Shown one piece after another: positions 1-13,550 of a DNA stretch of 64,000 nucleotides (within the stretch, counting starts at the first letter, position 1; each line of letters opens with the position of its first letter). The position numbers and the translations under genes were made by a program. A model generated the notes under the pieces. The model did not search any database. It was not told where the DNA came from and saw nothing but the letters and a program-made list of their open reading frames with translations. The stretch lies in assembly GCA_951406725.2 (NCBI GenBank), contig OX597814.1:153698001-153762000 (forward strand), read 5' to 3'. The stretch comes from Octopus vulgaris (taxonomy: Eukaryota).

Positions 1-3000
1 GGGAAAGGGGTGAGGGGATGGATGTAAAAAATACAAAACAAGGGTTGAGGAGTGGATGTAGTGAATGGTGGACAAGGATGGAGAGGTGATCAAGAATACA
101 TATGAATTGGGGGAAAGGTTAGGGAAAGTAAGTGATGACTGACAGTACAGACAGGCTGAGAATCAGAATAATAGTAATACAGTAGACAGGAGAAGGATGA
201 AAGAAAGGGAGCTGACATGTGAGTGGATAGGTTGAAAGAGTGTGAGGGAAGAAGCAGGCAGAACATGAGGAGAGTGAAAGATAATTTGGTGGTGTAAAAT
301 GGTGATTAACGATCCTTTCTATTATCGGCACAAGGCCTGACATTTTGGGGGTGGAGGCTAGTTGACTGCATCAACCCCAGAGTGTAACTGGTACTTATTT
401 TATCAACCCTGAAAGGATAAAATATAAAGTCGACCTCAGTGAATTTGGACTGAGAATGTGAAAGAGGACGAAATATTGCTAAGCATTTTGCCCAGCATGC
501 AAATGATTCTGCCAGTTTGCCATCTTAATGGTGATTAATAATAGAATAAGTCAATAATGGCTTCAAATTTTGACACAAGGCCAGCAGTGTTTGAGGGGGC
601 TGGGAAATCATTTACATTGATTTCATTTCTTGACTAGCACTTATTTTATTGACACCAAAAGGATGAAAGGCAAAGTCAACCTTGGTGAAATTTGAGCTAA
701 AAATGTGAAGATGGACAAAATGCCCCAACAAATTTGTCAGGTGAGCTAAATGCTCTGCCAACTCACTGTCATTGGAAAGTATACTAAGAGATGAACATGC
801 AAGCTTCCATCTGTTATAAGATTGTAGGGATTAACTATTATTGCTCAGGCATATTATACAACAGTATGTTTATTTCAGACAATAAGTGTGTATTTGATGC
901 AATTAGAAAAACAATTCCACCAAAAGATGGAATTTATTTGGGGAAAATACTACAGAAAAATACATGGCTGTATTGGTTATTGAGGATCATTTTAAGGGTG
1001 ATGCTCCAGCTTGTCCCTAGCTAGAATGGTAAGATAAAACTAAAGAACATATAAAAAAATGTTACTATTCATGATGTAGTAACTTAGGTATTTTGATGAA
1101 ATGGTACTTGATTTTAGCTAAGTGGACAGAGGTCTCTAAAATAATGTACCAAATCAAATATGATCTTGGAAGGTTCATGAAAAATGAGATTATAATTTGT
1201 CAGATGAGAAATATAAATTTTCAATAAATTTAGAAAGTTACTATGAATTAAATAAAACCTTATAGCAAATGAATATATATTGACTTCTTACATAGATGAA
1301 AGGTCACAGAGTCATAGAAGGGGAAATGTAATATTTTTGTTTTAATAGCTTGATCTGGAAGAGGCTGTGTCCATGACTTTTGCAACTCTGATAAGATTAG
1401 CAGTATTAATGCTCCTGTTGAACAGTTGCAGCATGATGGCTGCAGAAATTCGATTTAACATGTAACCAAGAGTGCTGTCTTCATATTTAAAAGCCAAATT
1501 ACTTTCTGGGACAGCATGACAGAACAAGAACATCCTACCCCTCTCTCGCTTGCTCACACTCTTTCCCTCATTTCCATACATGTTCCCACTGACACTCATA
1601 TATATACCCTTTTATGTCTTTATCTCAGTTATTCTTTAATCTTTTGTCTACCAATCACCTCAGTAATATTTCTCACTCTCTCTTTGCTATTATTCTTTCT
1701 TCCTTCTGTTTCACACATTGTTTCCTTCTCTCACAATGTTCTGTGTGCACTTGCATGTTTTAAAGGGAAAAAAATTGTCCACTAAATCAGAAATCTTTTA
1801 AGTAGAGAGGCTTTTAAACGAAGGGTTCTCTTTTGGAGTCAATACCATCTAAGATGGTATTGACTCCAATGACACATAACTTGTTTGTACATTCCATTTT
1901 TGTTTGGTTTCTATGGCTGGATGCTCTTTTGATTAGCAACCACTTTACTGAGTGTTAGGTCTGTCATGAGCCCTAGGGCTAATAAGATTGGAGTCTAACC
2001 TAGTTTCTATGGAGTATAGGCAACTGAGATCATAACACTCTCTCTCGAACAGGTTGCCAATCTGTCACAGGGTTGACTTCTTAGCTATTGCTGGAACTTA
2101 TTTACAGCTGAGTGGATTGGAGCAACATGAGATGAAGTGTTTTGCTCAAGAACACAATGCACCATGCAGTCTGAGAATCAAAACCATCATCTTATAATAA
2201 TGAGTGCAACACTCTAACCATTAGACTATGTGCTTTTACCTGAATGTATTGAGTGTATTTATTGCAGCATCTCAGTGTATTTACTGTGGCATCAGCACTG
2301 TAGAAGATATCATGTCTTTAACAAAGCTAAAGGGTCCTCTTGATCTTATATTGTTTCTGCATATTCACCAACCATTTTGCAGTGTACTGGGTACATGCAT
2401 TTTATCATGGTACCAGCACTTGTAAAGTTGCCTTGTCTACTGTAAGACCAAAGAGTCTTCACAACATTGTTATGTGTTTATTTGCTCATTTCAACATAAC
2501 TCAAAAGATGGATGAAAGAAAGAGAGACAGACAGACAGAGACAGAGAGAGAGATGGGGAGTTATAGAGGTGGATATTGGCAAGAAAGAGTGAAAGAGGGT
2601 GTCAGTACGCTAAAAAAAGACAGAGAGATGATTGGCAGCACAGAAGTGATGGTAAGGGTTACGGGTACTACCATCCTTAGTTACACCTGTAGCATAATAC
2701 AGTGAATAGAAGTGAAATAAGCTGTAGAGAGACAGGTGTTACAGAGATGTGGTGACAGAAGGATGTGTTATAGAGAAAGTATGTTGAAAAAATGTGTGAT
2801 ACAGAGACTGTGGACACAGCAGATGTAGAATTGATATATTGGTTGAAAACCCAAATGGATATGCTTCATGTAAACATATATCTAAATATTATGCCACCCA
2901 GCCTCTATCATAATCATCACTTTTAATGTTCCATTTGCCATGCTTGCATGGGTGTTAGGGTCTTTTCCAGTGCAGTATGTTAGCAATCCACGTGGTTCTT

Positions 3001-3118
3001 TATCATCTCCTTAGTGAACTGCAATATCTTGAGATCAGATTCCACCACTTCATCTTCCTCTTTCATAGATTCTATTAACTTAGAGTTCTCAGTCCATTTT
3101 TGAAACACCTATCATATA

Positions 3119-4391
3119 TTGGGTCATCAAATAAATAATGTGATTTTTACAATTGCATGAACTAAGAGTCAGAGAATGACAGGATAAACTACCTGCATCA
3201 ACTTACTATAAAAGCAAGTACTAATTTTACCTTGTACTTATTCTTAGTGCAGGTTTTGAAGAGTGCAGTTCAATTTTAACAGTTATTTTTTCAAAGCTAT
3301 AATGGAAGTGGCAAAGGAGCATATTCAACATATTTTGCCTTATGAGTTCAATAAAGGCAATAACATAGAAAGTGTGAGGAATATTAATGCAGTATATGGG
3401 GATCAGACAATAAGCATAAGCCAGTGTCAACAGTGGTTCCAGAAATTACAGCCCAGAAAATGAGCCTTGTCCTGGAAGATTTATAGAGTTTGACAAGGAC
3501 ATCCTGCAAACCCTGCTGGAACAAAATCCCATCGTAACTGTTGAGGAACTAGCAGAGAAGCTTGGATTTGGCTAGTCAACCATTCATTGACACCTGCGTG
3601 CCATCGGAAAAGTCAGGAAATTAGGACAATGGGTTCCTCACAAACTTTCTGAGTCTAATTGTGCGCAGAGTGTGGATGTGTGCTCTTCTTTGCTGTCACG
3701 TCTCATAAATGAATCTTTTTTGGACAAAATAGTGACCAGTGAGGAGAAATGGGTTCTCTCTAAAAATGTCAAGTGCTGAAGACAGTGAGTAGGGAAATGA
3801 GTAATACCATCACCCAAGGCTAAAGAAGATCTTCACCCATGTAAGGTATTGTTATCTGTTTGGTGGGATATGAAAGGTTTAGTCCACTTTGAACTTTTAA
3901 ACCCAAACCAAATAATAACAAAGGAGATCTACTGTAAGCAGCTTCAGTTTATTAAGTCGGTGCTGGAAGGAAAAACTACCATCCTTGCTTTCAAGGTGAA
4001 AGGTGTTCTTCCATCAGGATAATGCTCAGCCACATACAGTAAGGATAACATTCCAAAAGCTGGAGCAATTTGAATGGGAAACAATGCCCCACCCACCATA
4101 TACACTGGATATTGCTCCATCTGATTATCATTTATTCTGTAGTCTTCAAAATCATTAGGATGGAAAAAAATATAAATTCTGTAGACCAGGTCAGAACAGT
4201 ACTGGAGGAGTATTTTTCATCATGGACAAATGAATTTTGGAAGAGAGGCTTTGCAAGTCTACCAGATAGATGGAAGAGCATTGTAGAAAAGGAAGGAGAG
4301 TATATTTTAGATTAAAAAAGAACTTTGCTTATCTTAATTTTGAAAAATAAAAGAAGTGTAAAAAAAACTGCATCTTTTATAGGATGACCCA

Positions 4392-4392
<1 letters not shown>
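3119..4392 (+). mobile_element. Full-length degenerate mariner (DD34D) DNA transposon, copy 1
   Basis: TIRs ttgggtcatc... / ...gatgacccaa flanked by TA. Broken transposase from ATG 3302 to TAA 4315 with WVPHKL, FHQDNAQPH and HPPYTLDIAPSDYHLF motifs; many stops and frameshifts. Confidence 0.93.
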
Positions 4393-4427
<35 letters not shown>

Positions 4428-4498
4428 ATGTGCATGTGCATGTGTGTGTGTGCGTGTGTGCGTGTGTAGAAGGTTGAAAAGGAACACACGATTTTGAA

Positions 4499-4856
4499 TA
4501 TATATGGGAAAAAAGTCAAGGTAGAAAATACTAAAATAATTTTATTAAAAACATTTCAGTACCAGTTTCAGTCATTGAGATTTTTTCAATTGTAAGTATG
4601 AAAAATAATTAAATTTTGGTAAAACTAAAAGAACCCACAAGAGTAAAGAAGGGAGACAGAGACAGGCAGAAACAAGGAAAATGCCCCTTGTATTTGAATA
4701 CTATGCAAATATTCTTTTAAAAAATTTTCCTTTTAGTTTTACCAAAATTTAATTGTTTTCCATACTTACAGTTGAAAAAATCTCAATGACTGAAACTGGT
4801 ACTGAAATGCTGTTTATAAAATTATTTTAGCATTTTCTACCTTGACTTTTTTTTCC

Positions 4857-4862
<6 letters not shown>
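4499..4862. mobile_element. Foldback element: ~130 bp inverted arms, each with a minimal hammerhead-like motif (probable Penelope-like pLTR pair)
   Basis: Arm 4499-4631 is the near-exact reverse complement of 4730-4862. Motif cag-TTGAAAA-aatctcaatgact-GAAA-ctgg-TA-ctg at 4769-4804. Confidence 0.65.
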
Positions 4863-4891
<29 letters not shown>

Positions 4892-5088
4892 TATGTAAAT
4901 AGGTTCAGGTATAACTGTGTGTAAAAAATTTACTTCCCAACCATATGGTTCTGGGTTCATTCCCATTATGTGACACCCTGAGCAAGTGTCTTCTGCTGTA
5001 ACCTCAGGCTGACCAAAGCCTTGTCAGTGTATTTAGTAGACAGAAACTGAAATGAAGCCTATTGTGTGTATGTGTGTGTGTGTATATG

Positions 5089-5119
<31 letters not shown>

Positions 5120-5394
5120 GTATGTGTGTATATGTGTGCATGTGTGAGTGTGTATGTGTGCATGATTGTGTGTGTGTATGTGTGTGTGTGTGTTTTATCT
5201 GCTTGATAACTTGTGTTGGTCTGTAGTGTAGTATTTGACAAAAAAGACCAATAAAACAAGAACCTGGCTTTAAGGAAAAAAGTACTGGAGTTGATTCATT
5301 TTATTAAAATCCTTCAAGGTGGTGCTCCAGCATGGCCTCAGTCTAATGACTAAAACAAATAAAATTTATATATATATATATATATATATATATG

Positions 5395-7520
5395 TAAGCA
5401 GGAAAGTAGACAAGTTGATACTAGTTTTAGGGAAATTACACTATTTGATATATGGAAAATGTGTAGGTGGAAATTCCATTTGGAGTACTCTGGGGAAAAC
5501 TATGGACACATAAGTAGTGCAGTAGAATCATGGGAAAGTTAACAGAGAAAATAGATTTTGTCTGTAGCAGATGCACAGCGATACACAATAAGAGCACACA
5601 GGAAATGGATTTTCTTGAATGCTTAGGAGTGGAAGAGAGCATGCTGAAGGTATTGTTGCTAGAATATGAAATAGCTGGAGAAAGTTTGGAGTGTTACTAC
5701 CTCTATTGGTGACAAATGGCCTCTCTCTCAGACTAAATCGTAGATTGTATAATGCTTGTGTATGAACAGCAATGTTACATGGTAAAAAAAAAATTAAAAA
5801 AAGGTAACGTTACCTTTTTTAGTCATGCTAACTCATAAGTGCTGATTACCTGGTTTCCATGGCCTATAAGTTCCCTACCTAGATGGGATGCCAGTCCATC
5901 ACAGGATTACTGATTTTTGCCAGCTGAGTGGATTGGAGCAACATGAAATGAGGTGTCTTGTTCAAGAACACGTGTCGCTAGGTCCAGGAATCGAAACCAT
6001 AATCTTACAATCATGAGTCCAACGCCCTAACCACTAAACTACATGCCTCCACATGCTACATGGTAGTGAAAATGAACCATGAATGCAGAAAGCATGTGAA
6101 AACTAGAAAGAAATTAAGCTAGCATACTCTGCTGATGTGTAATGTCAGTGTGCATGTACAACAAAGTGAAAATTTACGATGAGAAAAATTGGGCATAAGA
6201 AGAACCAAAACAGTGTGCAAGAGAGAAGACTGTGCTTGTATGGTTATGTTATATGTATGGATAAGGACAGCTGCATAGTGAAGTGCCTATCACTAAATAT
6301 GGTTGAGAACCCTGAAAGAGGGAGACCTAGGAAGATGTAGGATGGAGCAGTAAAGACTGACATCAAGATTTTGAGCCTCACAGAGATGACAATGGACTGA
6401 GATGATTGGCAAAAAAAAAAAAAAAAATGAGGTCCCATCTTGGCAACAAAAAAAAAGGCCCAAAATCATATCATTTATGTCTATTCCTCCTGCACTCAAA
6501 CTATCCCTATCAAGTTTTCCTCACAACTCCTCTTCCTAACACCCATCTGTCTATCACTCTTCCAACTTTAACACTACGTATTCAACTGTTATAATTTTAT
6601 GAGAGCAAATTTGAACATATTTGTTTCACCTTTTGTTTTATCTCTTCCTGTCACCCTCTCCACCTTCTCAATATTATCTTTTACTACTTTGTTCTCCAAA
6701 GAATTCTCTTTTCCCCTGAACATCATTTCATATTTGCCATTGGCAGGCCCCCACCACCATCTTCATTCGTCATTTACTATATCCACTCCTATGTACCTCT
6801 GACCTCCATCCCAGTCATTGTGCTGCCCCCCTCTCTTACTCCATATTTCACATCATTTCCCTCTCCATCATTTGTCTATGGTTTTATACTGCTGTTCACC
6901 TACTTCCTTTTATGCTGTCACTTATCACCTCCTCCTTCCTGACACACTCCTATTTCCTTCACCTTCCCCCACCTACACCTGATATTCTCCATAGAACACT
7001 CCCACCACCTATGTTCCTCATTGACAGCAGTCACCTCTGTCCCCATCCCTAAAAATCTGTCACTTTTCTTTCATACTCTTGCAAACTAACCTTTCCAGTT
7101 TCCCTTTCTGATCTCCTGTTCCTACTTACTTTTATATTCACTTTCTTGTACCTGATGGGTACACCCTAACACCTCATCACAATATTTTTCTGTCCTAGCA
7201 GAACACTGTTCCAGTCTCTGTATTAGACTTCAGCCTCAGGACACTTGATACAAAACCATCTCCCTCAATAATACATCTCCCACTCAGTCAAGGAGTCTTG
7301 CCTTGCAAGTTACTTGGTGACTTCACCAGTGCCACTGTCACAAGAAAAAACGTCCAGTGCACCCTGTTAAGTGATTAGCATTAGGAAAGTCACCTAGCCA
7401 TAGAAATTATGTTAAAGCAGAAGCAGACATTGATGCTTGAAGCAGTCCTCAGGCTTGTTGGTTCCTGTTGAACAATGCAACCCATGCCAGCAAGGAAAAT
7501 GAATGTTAAAAGATGATGAC
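5395..7520 (+). mobile_element. 5'-truncated RTE-clade LINE (RT C-terminal part plus long 3' UTR), interrupted by a SINE
   Basis: Decayed peptides GKCVGGNSI..GKLTEKIDFVCSRC, LYNACV*TAMLHG, RRLCLYGYVICMDKDSCIVKC, RGRPRK. The family-typical 3' end at 7300-7520 finishes in gatgatgac. Confidence 0.75.
5785..6052 (-). mobile_element. tRNA-derived SINE nested in the LINE
   Basis: tRNA-like head on the minus strand (plus-strand reading: ggaatcgaaacc, ccaacgccctaaccactaa). 13 bp TSD atgttacatggta / atgctacatggta. Confidence 0.8.
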
Positions 7521-7852
7521 ATTTGTTTGGAGTTGATAGTTTACTCAGAACCACTTTAGCAGTATAGTAGGCCCCCAGGTAAATCACAACATTGAGTCCT
7601 TTTGTATTTATTGACAGCAAACCACAACATACATAGGTGAGAATTGAGCCCCAAGACTTGTAGGGCCCCTGGTCAACTGTCCATATACCCATTCCTTAAG
7701 ATAGCTCTGGGTTCACTCCTTTACAAGTTTGAGTATTGATGAAGTGAATAATTAAACTTTATGTATTAAGTACTTTTTTCTTCATTCATATACTCAGACA
7801 AACAGGTGTGTGCACGTGGATGCATGCTTGCATGAATATATACATATACATA

Positions 7853-7888
<36 letters not shown>

Positions 7889-8329
7889 TGTATGTATGTA
7901 TGTATATATGTATATATACACACACACACACATATATATATACACATATTACATATTTATATATATATGTGTGTGTGTGTTTGTGTGTATGTATGTATGA
8001 ATATATATATATACATGTATGTCCAAACTCCACAGAAGACTCAATACACATAATGCAGACAACCGTAGAGTGAATATATTTATAACAGGTTTATTTGTTT
8101 TTGCAGTGACTATGTTTCCATGCTATTGTAGGATTCACCTGATTAACCCTAGAAGAGGGTAAAAGCATAGTCACTTTGCAAAAACAAATATCTGTATGAA
8201 TGTATATATATATATATATGTATATATATAAGTGCGTGTGTGTGTGTCGGTGCATGCGTGTGCATGTGAGTGTGTTCTTCCATTAGTGAAAGGTTTTCAG
8301 GTAATGCTCTTGAAGGCTTCAAGAGCATT

Positions 8330-11300
8330 ATCTCTATGAAAACCTTTGGCTAATGGAAGGATGCTTTTAGTGAAACTTAAAGCTAAGCAATGTAACATCA
8401 GTATTATTGTTTGTTACAAATCTATAAATAATGCAACTGATGAAAAGAAAGATTCTTCCTACCAATTATTGCTAAACAGAATTGATAGTATAACAACAGG
8501 ATCTATGAAAATTTTGATTTGTGAGCTAAATGCGCAAGCTGGCAGTAGCAACGAAGGTATAGAACAAATAATGGGCATAAAAGGGCTTGGAAATGGTAAG
8601 ATTAATCATACTCTGCAGCACCAACAATCTCATCATAGGAGCAAATCTGTTTAAAGAAAATCATAGGCCTTTGAGCAAAGCCCTGAATGGGGGCTCATAC
8701 TTGCATGATCACAGCATGTTGCGATCAGCATTGGCCCCTAGGTAACTATCTAATGTACCCAAACTTTAAGATGACAGCATAGGAGGTACTCTCTTTAAAA
8801 ACAAGGCTGTTATTCATACATGTAGTAGGATCTCTCCAGGTAAAAATGTATTGTTATCAAATAGATCATATTTTGATAAATTAGTAATGTAAGAAATAAC
8901 TGCCAAGCACTAGAACATATTGAAATGTATACATCAAAAATGACTATTAGTAGTGTTAGGGACAATTCACATGAAACTGAAGGTCAAGGAAAAGAAGAAA
9001 AGGTTTACCAAGTTTGATTGAGAAGAGTTCAAAGATAATGGAGTAAAGGATGAAACTGTAATTGAATGTCAAAATCGATTTGTAATGCTAGAAGCTGTAG
9101 ATGAAGATGTATACATCAATAGCATGTGGAAGAAATAAAGAAAGAATATCAGAATGTAGTGAAGAGTGATCTGGGTTGAAGAAGAAAGATAAAAAAGAAG
9201 AAATAGATTTTGGATGAAACATGGAAAGTTATTGAGGCATGAAAGGAACAAAAGCAAATTTTGAAAATTAGAGAGGGAATAAGACAGACCTTAAAGTGGG
9301 AATAGCTAAATACTGGAGTTTCAATAGGGAGGTGAAAAGGTGTTGAAGAAGAGATAAAAGAAGGTTTTTGTAAGTGAAAGATAATGAAGTAGATAAACTG
9401 TTCTGTGCAAGAGACAAATGAGGAGTCAGCAGTTGTTAATGAAATAATAGATAAAATTTCAGACAAATAGATCAAAAAGGCCACCTGTGCTCAGTATTGC
9501 TGGAGAAATACTCTGATAATATCTCTACTACAAGTGAAGCTGGAAGTAACTGTACATGAAATATCTGTTAAAGCAATATTACTAGCTATGGCTGTATGGT
9601 TAAAAAGTTATCTTTGAAACCAAATGGTTTGGGGTTCAGTCACACTGTGCAACACCATGGACAAATGATATTTACTATAGTCCCTGGTTGAACAATGTAT
9701 TGTGAGGGAATATTGTAGATGGTAACTCTGCAGAAAGCCCACTGTGTGTGTGTGCATGTGCTTGTGTGCATGTGCTTGTGTGCATGTGCTGTCTCTCACT
9801 TTTAAGTTCTCTAAGTTAGCAGTTCAACAAAAATAGTGACCAAAAGAATAAATATCACACTTTAAAAAATATGTACTGGAGTTAATTTGATGTGTTAAGT
9901 AATTCAAGATTGTATCCAAGTATGGCTGTAGCCAAATAATCAAGATAGGAAAAGAGAAAATTAAAAAAAACAGCACAACTTCTGAATTGGAAAGAATTGC
10001 AGGAGAAATGCCAAAAACAGAGAAGCATATGACAGCAAGAACATTACTGAATCAGTTTCATAGCATATGGAATATAAAAAGGATACCTGAAGATTTGAAG
10101 TTTAGTGCAATGACTAAGGTACCAGAAATGGTGTGTTTCAGAGACTGTGACATGAGAAGAAGTATAAGCTTCTGCAGCTTTGAGTTGAAAATGTTCTGTC
10201 TGGTTACTTTGAATGTGAGGGAGTGCTGAAAAGTTCCTGGGTTTAAGGGTATAGCAAAAGGCCTGATTGGAGGTCAAACCTTCTGAGTTCTTTTACAGGG
10301 CTTAGGACAACTGAAGGACCACTGCAATAAGTGAGTGAAGTTGAGATGGGAATATGAGGAATAAAATTCTTATTAACTGATTCTCCTGTATTTTCTTTTA
10401 CCCAGAGCCAAGAACTTTTCAGCATCCCTTCATACTGTATTGGAAAGTATACTAAGAGATGAACATGCAGGCTTCCATCTATTATAAGATTGTAGTGATT
10501 AACTATTATTGCTCAGGCATATTATACAACAGTATGTTTATTTCAGACAACTTTTGCTAATGGCTTTTGTGAACTGTGGAATGATTTTTGGTAGCGTACA
10601 CATTGCTGCAACTTGAAAGATACCATGCTGTTAGGGCATGCTTGAAAATATATAAATCTAGTAGGTACAATAAATAGAGAAAATAAGTTTAAATCAAGCA
10701 TAGATGATCAGCTTTCAAGTGAATCTGAACTTGGGAGTGGAGTACAGCATGCAGGTATTGTGTTTTTTTTTCTCTCTGTTTGTTGTAATAAACTACAAAG
10801 GAAACAGTCATAAATGGAAGAGAAGGGATTGAATGGATTTATGGAAATTGTTTGTCAGATTGCAATTATGCTAATGACATTGTATTGCATAATAATGGAA
10901 TATCAAAAATACAAAGAATGACATACAAGCATACAAGCTTAATGAAATAAGCAAAGGTGTGGCCTCAAAGACAAGCATTAATAAAATGGAAATTATGAAG
11001 ACTGAGCAAACAGATAGAAGAAATGTGTTGTTAAATGGGCATATGCTGGAAAAGTTAAATGAATTTAAATATCTTGGAACTTTTATAGAAAGTGATGGCT
11101 CTGCAGAAATTGGATTTAATGAAAGATTTAAGAATACAAGTCAAGCAATGGGAATACTTTCCAATGTGCAAAAACCACATAGACTGGTGATTCATATGAA
11201 ATTAAACTGTTTACATCACTAGTAAAATGTGATCTAGTATTTGGCAATAATTATGGAATAGCAATGAAAATAAAGCCAGTCATTTTAGGGTCTTGAGAAT

Positions 11301-11400
11301 AAAGCATTAGAAAGAATCTTCCAGATAAATGAAATGATTTTGTGACAAATACAATAGTTTGAAATCTAGAAAGTACAATATAAAGATGAAGAATTTATAG
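8330..11400 (+). mobile_element. Heavily decayed RTE-clade LINE ORF (APE endonuclease plus RT)
   Basis: ORF 8346-8654 resembles an RTE endonuclease (NISIIVCY..DEKKDSSYQLL..ELNAQAG). RT remnants IWNIKRIPEDLK, NYANDIVL, LEKLNEFKYLGTFIESDG. Interrupted by a SINE (~9590-9950) and a MITE. Confidence 0.8.
10218..10431 (+). mobile_element. Mariner-derived MITE (~215 bp)
   Basis: TIRs gagggagtgctgaaaagttcctgg / ccaagaacttttcagcatccctt. Interior resembles a transposase C-terminus. Second copy at 19319-19533. Confidence 0.8.
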
Positions 11401-13518
11401 TTTCAGATTTTGGCACAAGGCCAGCAGTTTTCAAGGAAGGAGTTTAGCTCCGGGTCAAATCTGATTGATCAGAACCTTGGTTATAGGTTTGCTTAACTCA
11501 GGCTTGACCTGGGGTTAAACAACAACAACAACAACATAACAATATTGGCAATAGTAAATTACAGAACTTTAGAATTGAATGTCTCACTAGAAAACAAACA
11601 TCTGTGCAATAACAGTACAACTGGAATGGAATCAATTTTGTGTAGTTCTACCAATGCTAACTACATCAACACCAGAGTAAGTTGCTCATTAGAAGCTCTT
11701 GTTCAGATGATGAGCTATTGTAAATATGGCAATTTGTAAATAGTTTTCTTTCAATTCAGAAATCATTGTTAGTATTCTTAACGAGAGAAAAAGTAGAAAA
11801 GAGAAAGAGTGTGTACGTGTGGGAATCTTTGTAAATCATTAACAGTTGATGAAATAATAAAGTCACAAACCTTATAGTTGTTACAGTTTAGCCCAAGGTC
11901 AGTTCTGATGAAGTAGACCTGTGATCTGTCAAAAGTGTTACAGCCATAACCATAATGTTTTGTGTATGTGTGTATGCATGTGCACATGTATGTGTGTATT
12001 CCTTTTTCAGCTATCATGCATTTTATGCATGTCGTCATGTATCATATGCTTTTACAGCATGTTGATAACACTATAATGAAAGTTTTCCTGATTAAGTGTG
12101 AGTTCTCCCAATGGATGAAACATGAGTTCTCCCATCAGATGAAGCAATAACATTACTTCATTCTGACTTTCTCATACTGTTTTCTTGACAGAGATATTGG
12201 GGTGGGTTTGCTATTACCTTCCAAATGAAGGCAGTGAGCTGGCAGAAATGTTAGCACGCCGGGCGAAATGCTTAGTGGTATTTCATCTGTCATTACGTTC
12301 TGAGTTCAAATTCTGCCAAGGTCAACTTTGCCTTTCATCCTTACAAGGTCAATGAAATAAGTACCTGTCAAGTACTGGGGTTAATGTAATTGACTAGTCC
12401 CCTCCCACAAATTTTCAGGCCTTGTACAGCTGGATGGTTGTTGGCCCACAAGGAGCTCAGCCACCCTTCCACAGATCTTGTTTTTAGTTTTGTTGGCTAT
12501 CCAGACACCCTTCTCACGAAAGTAGTAAGTTACTCAAGTGGGAAAGCTGGTTTAATTGTTGACCACTCAACCATGGAACAGGTAGTACTGGTTCACATAG
12601 TACCAGTAGCAAGTTTCATCAGTCTGTGATGAGATCTCTGACCTGATTTATGCTATGTCAACTAATTTGGTATTAATTAAATATCATTATCTTTAATATG
12701 GCAGGGCATAGTTTAAGGGAAATTTGGTTGCTATTATTAGGTCTAGTGACCATGTAAACATTTGTCTAGATTGTCCCATTTTACCCCCATTCAATTCCTC
12801 ATAGTTTGCTTTCAAAGTTGTTTACAAAAGCCACAAAAGGTGCAGTAGAGTGAAACCACATGATGCAGGATAATTTCCAGCTTTCACACACAGAAACACA
12901 GCGTATTTACAACAATACATCAAAGGGCACCATTTAGTCATATGGTTGACTATTTGTGTGTCATAGGCCAGCTCAGTCAGAACTGGCTTAGGGGTATACA
13001 GCCTCAGAGATCCTCCACTTTCTACTTTTGGATTAGAGGTGCAGCATGGTTACATGATTAAGAAGCTTGCTTTGCAACCAAGTGGTTTTGGGTTCAGCTC
13101 CATTGCGTGGCACCTTGGGCAGGTGTCGTCTACTATAGCCTCAGTCTGACCAATATCTTGTAAGTAGATTTAGTAGATGGAAACTGCGAGGAAGCCTGTC
13201 GTATGTGTGTGTGTGTATATCCTAGTGTCTCTATTTGTCCATTACTCCACTGCTTGAGCTCAACAACCATTGTTGGTTTGTTTACATCCCTGTAACTTAG
13301 GTAGTTTTTAATACCTATTTTCACTTCAAATGAGTACAAAAAACAATGAAAATTATATTTTAACTCTCTCAGAGTATGGAAATGAAGACAAAAGAACAAT
13401 AAAATAATTTGAAATTCTGGTAGTGTTGTTGTCAAATGAACTTACAAATGGAGAAAGATTGGTGCATTTTTTCCATTCAGAGCAAGTTGAAGCATCACTT
13501 TCTTTTGTGGTGATCTAG

Positions 13519-13550
<32 letters not shown>

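Noticed and set aside
1342-1599. 85 aa minus-strand ORF or plus-strand exon after the acceptor at ~1348
   Set aside because: No recognisable domain and no convincing donor; the ORF start lies in low-complexity purine sequence.
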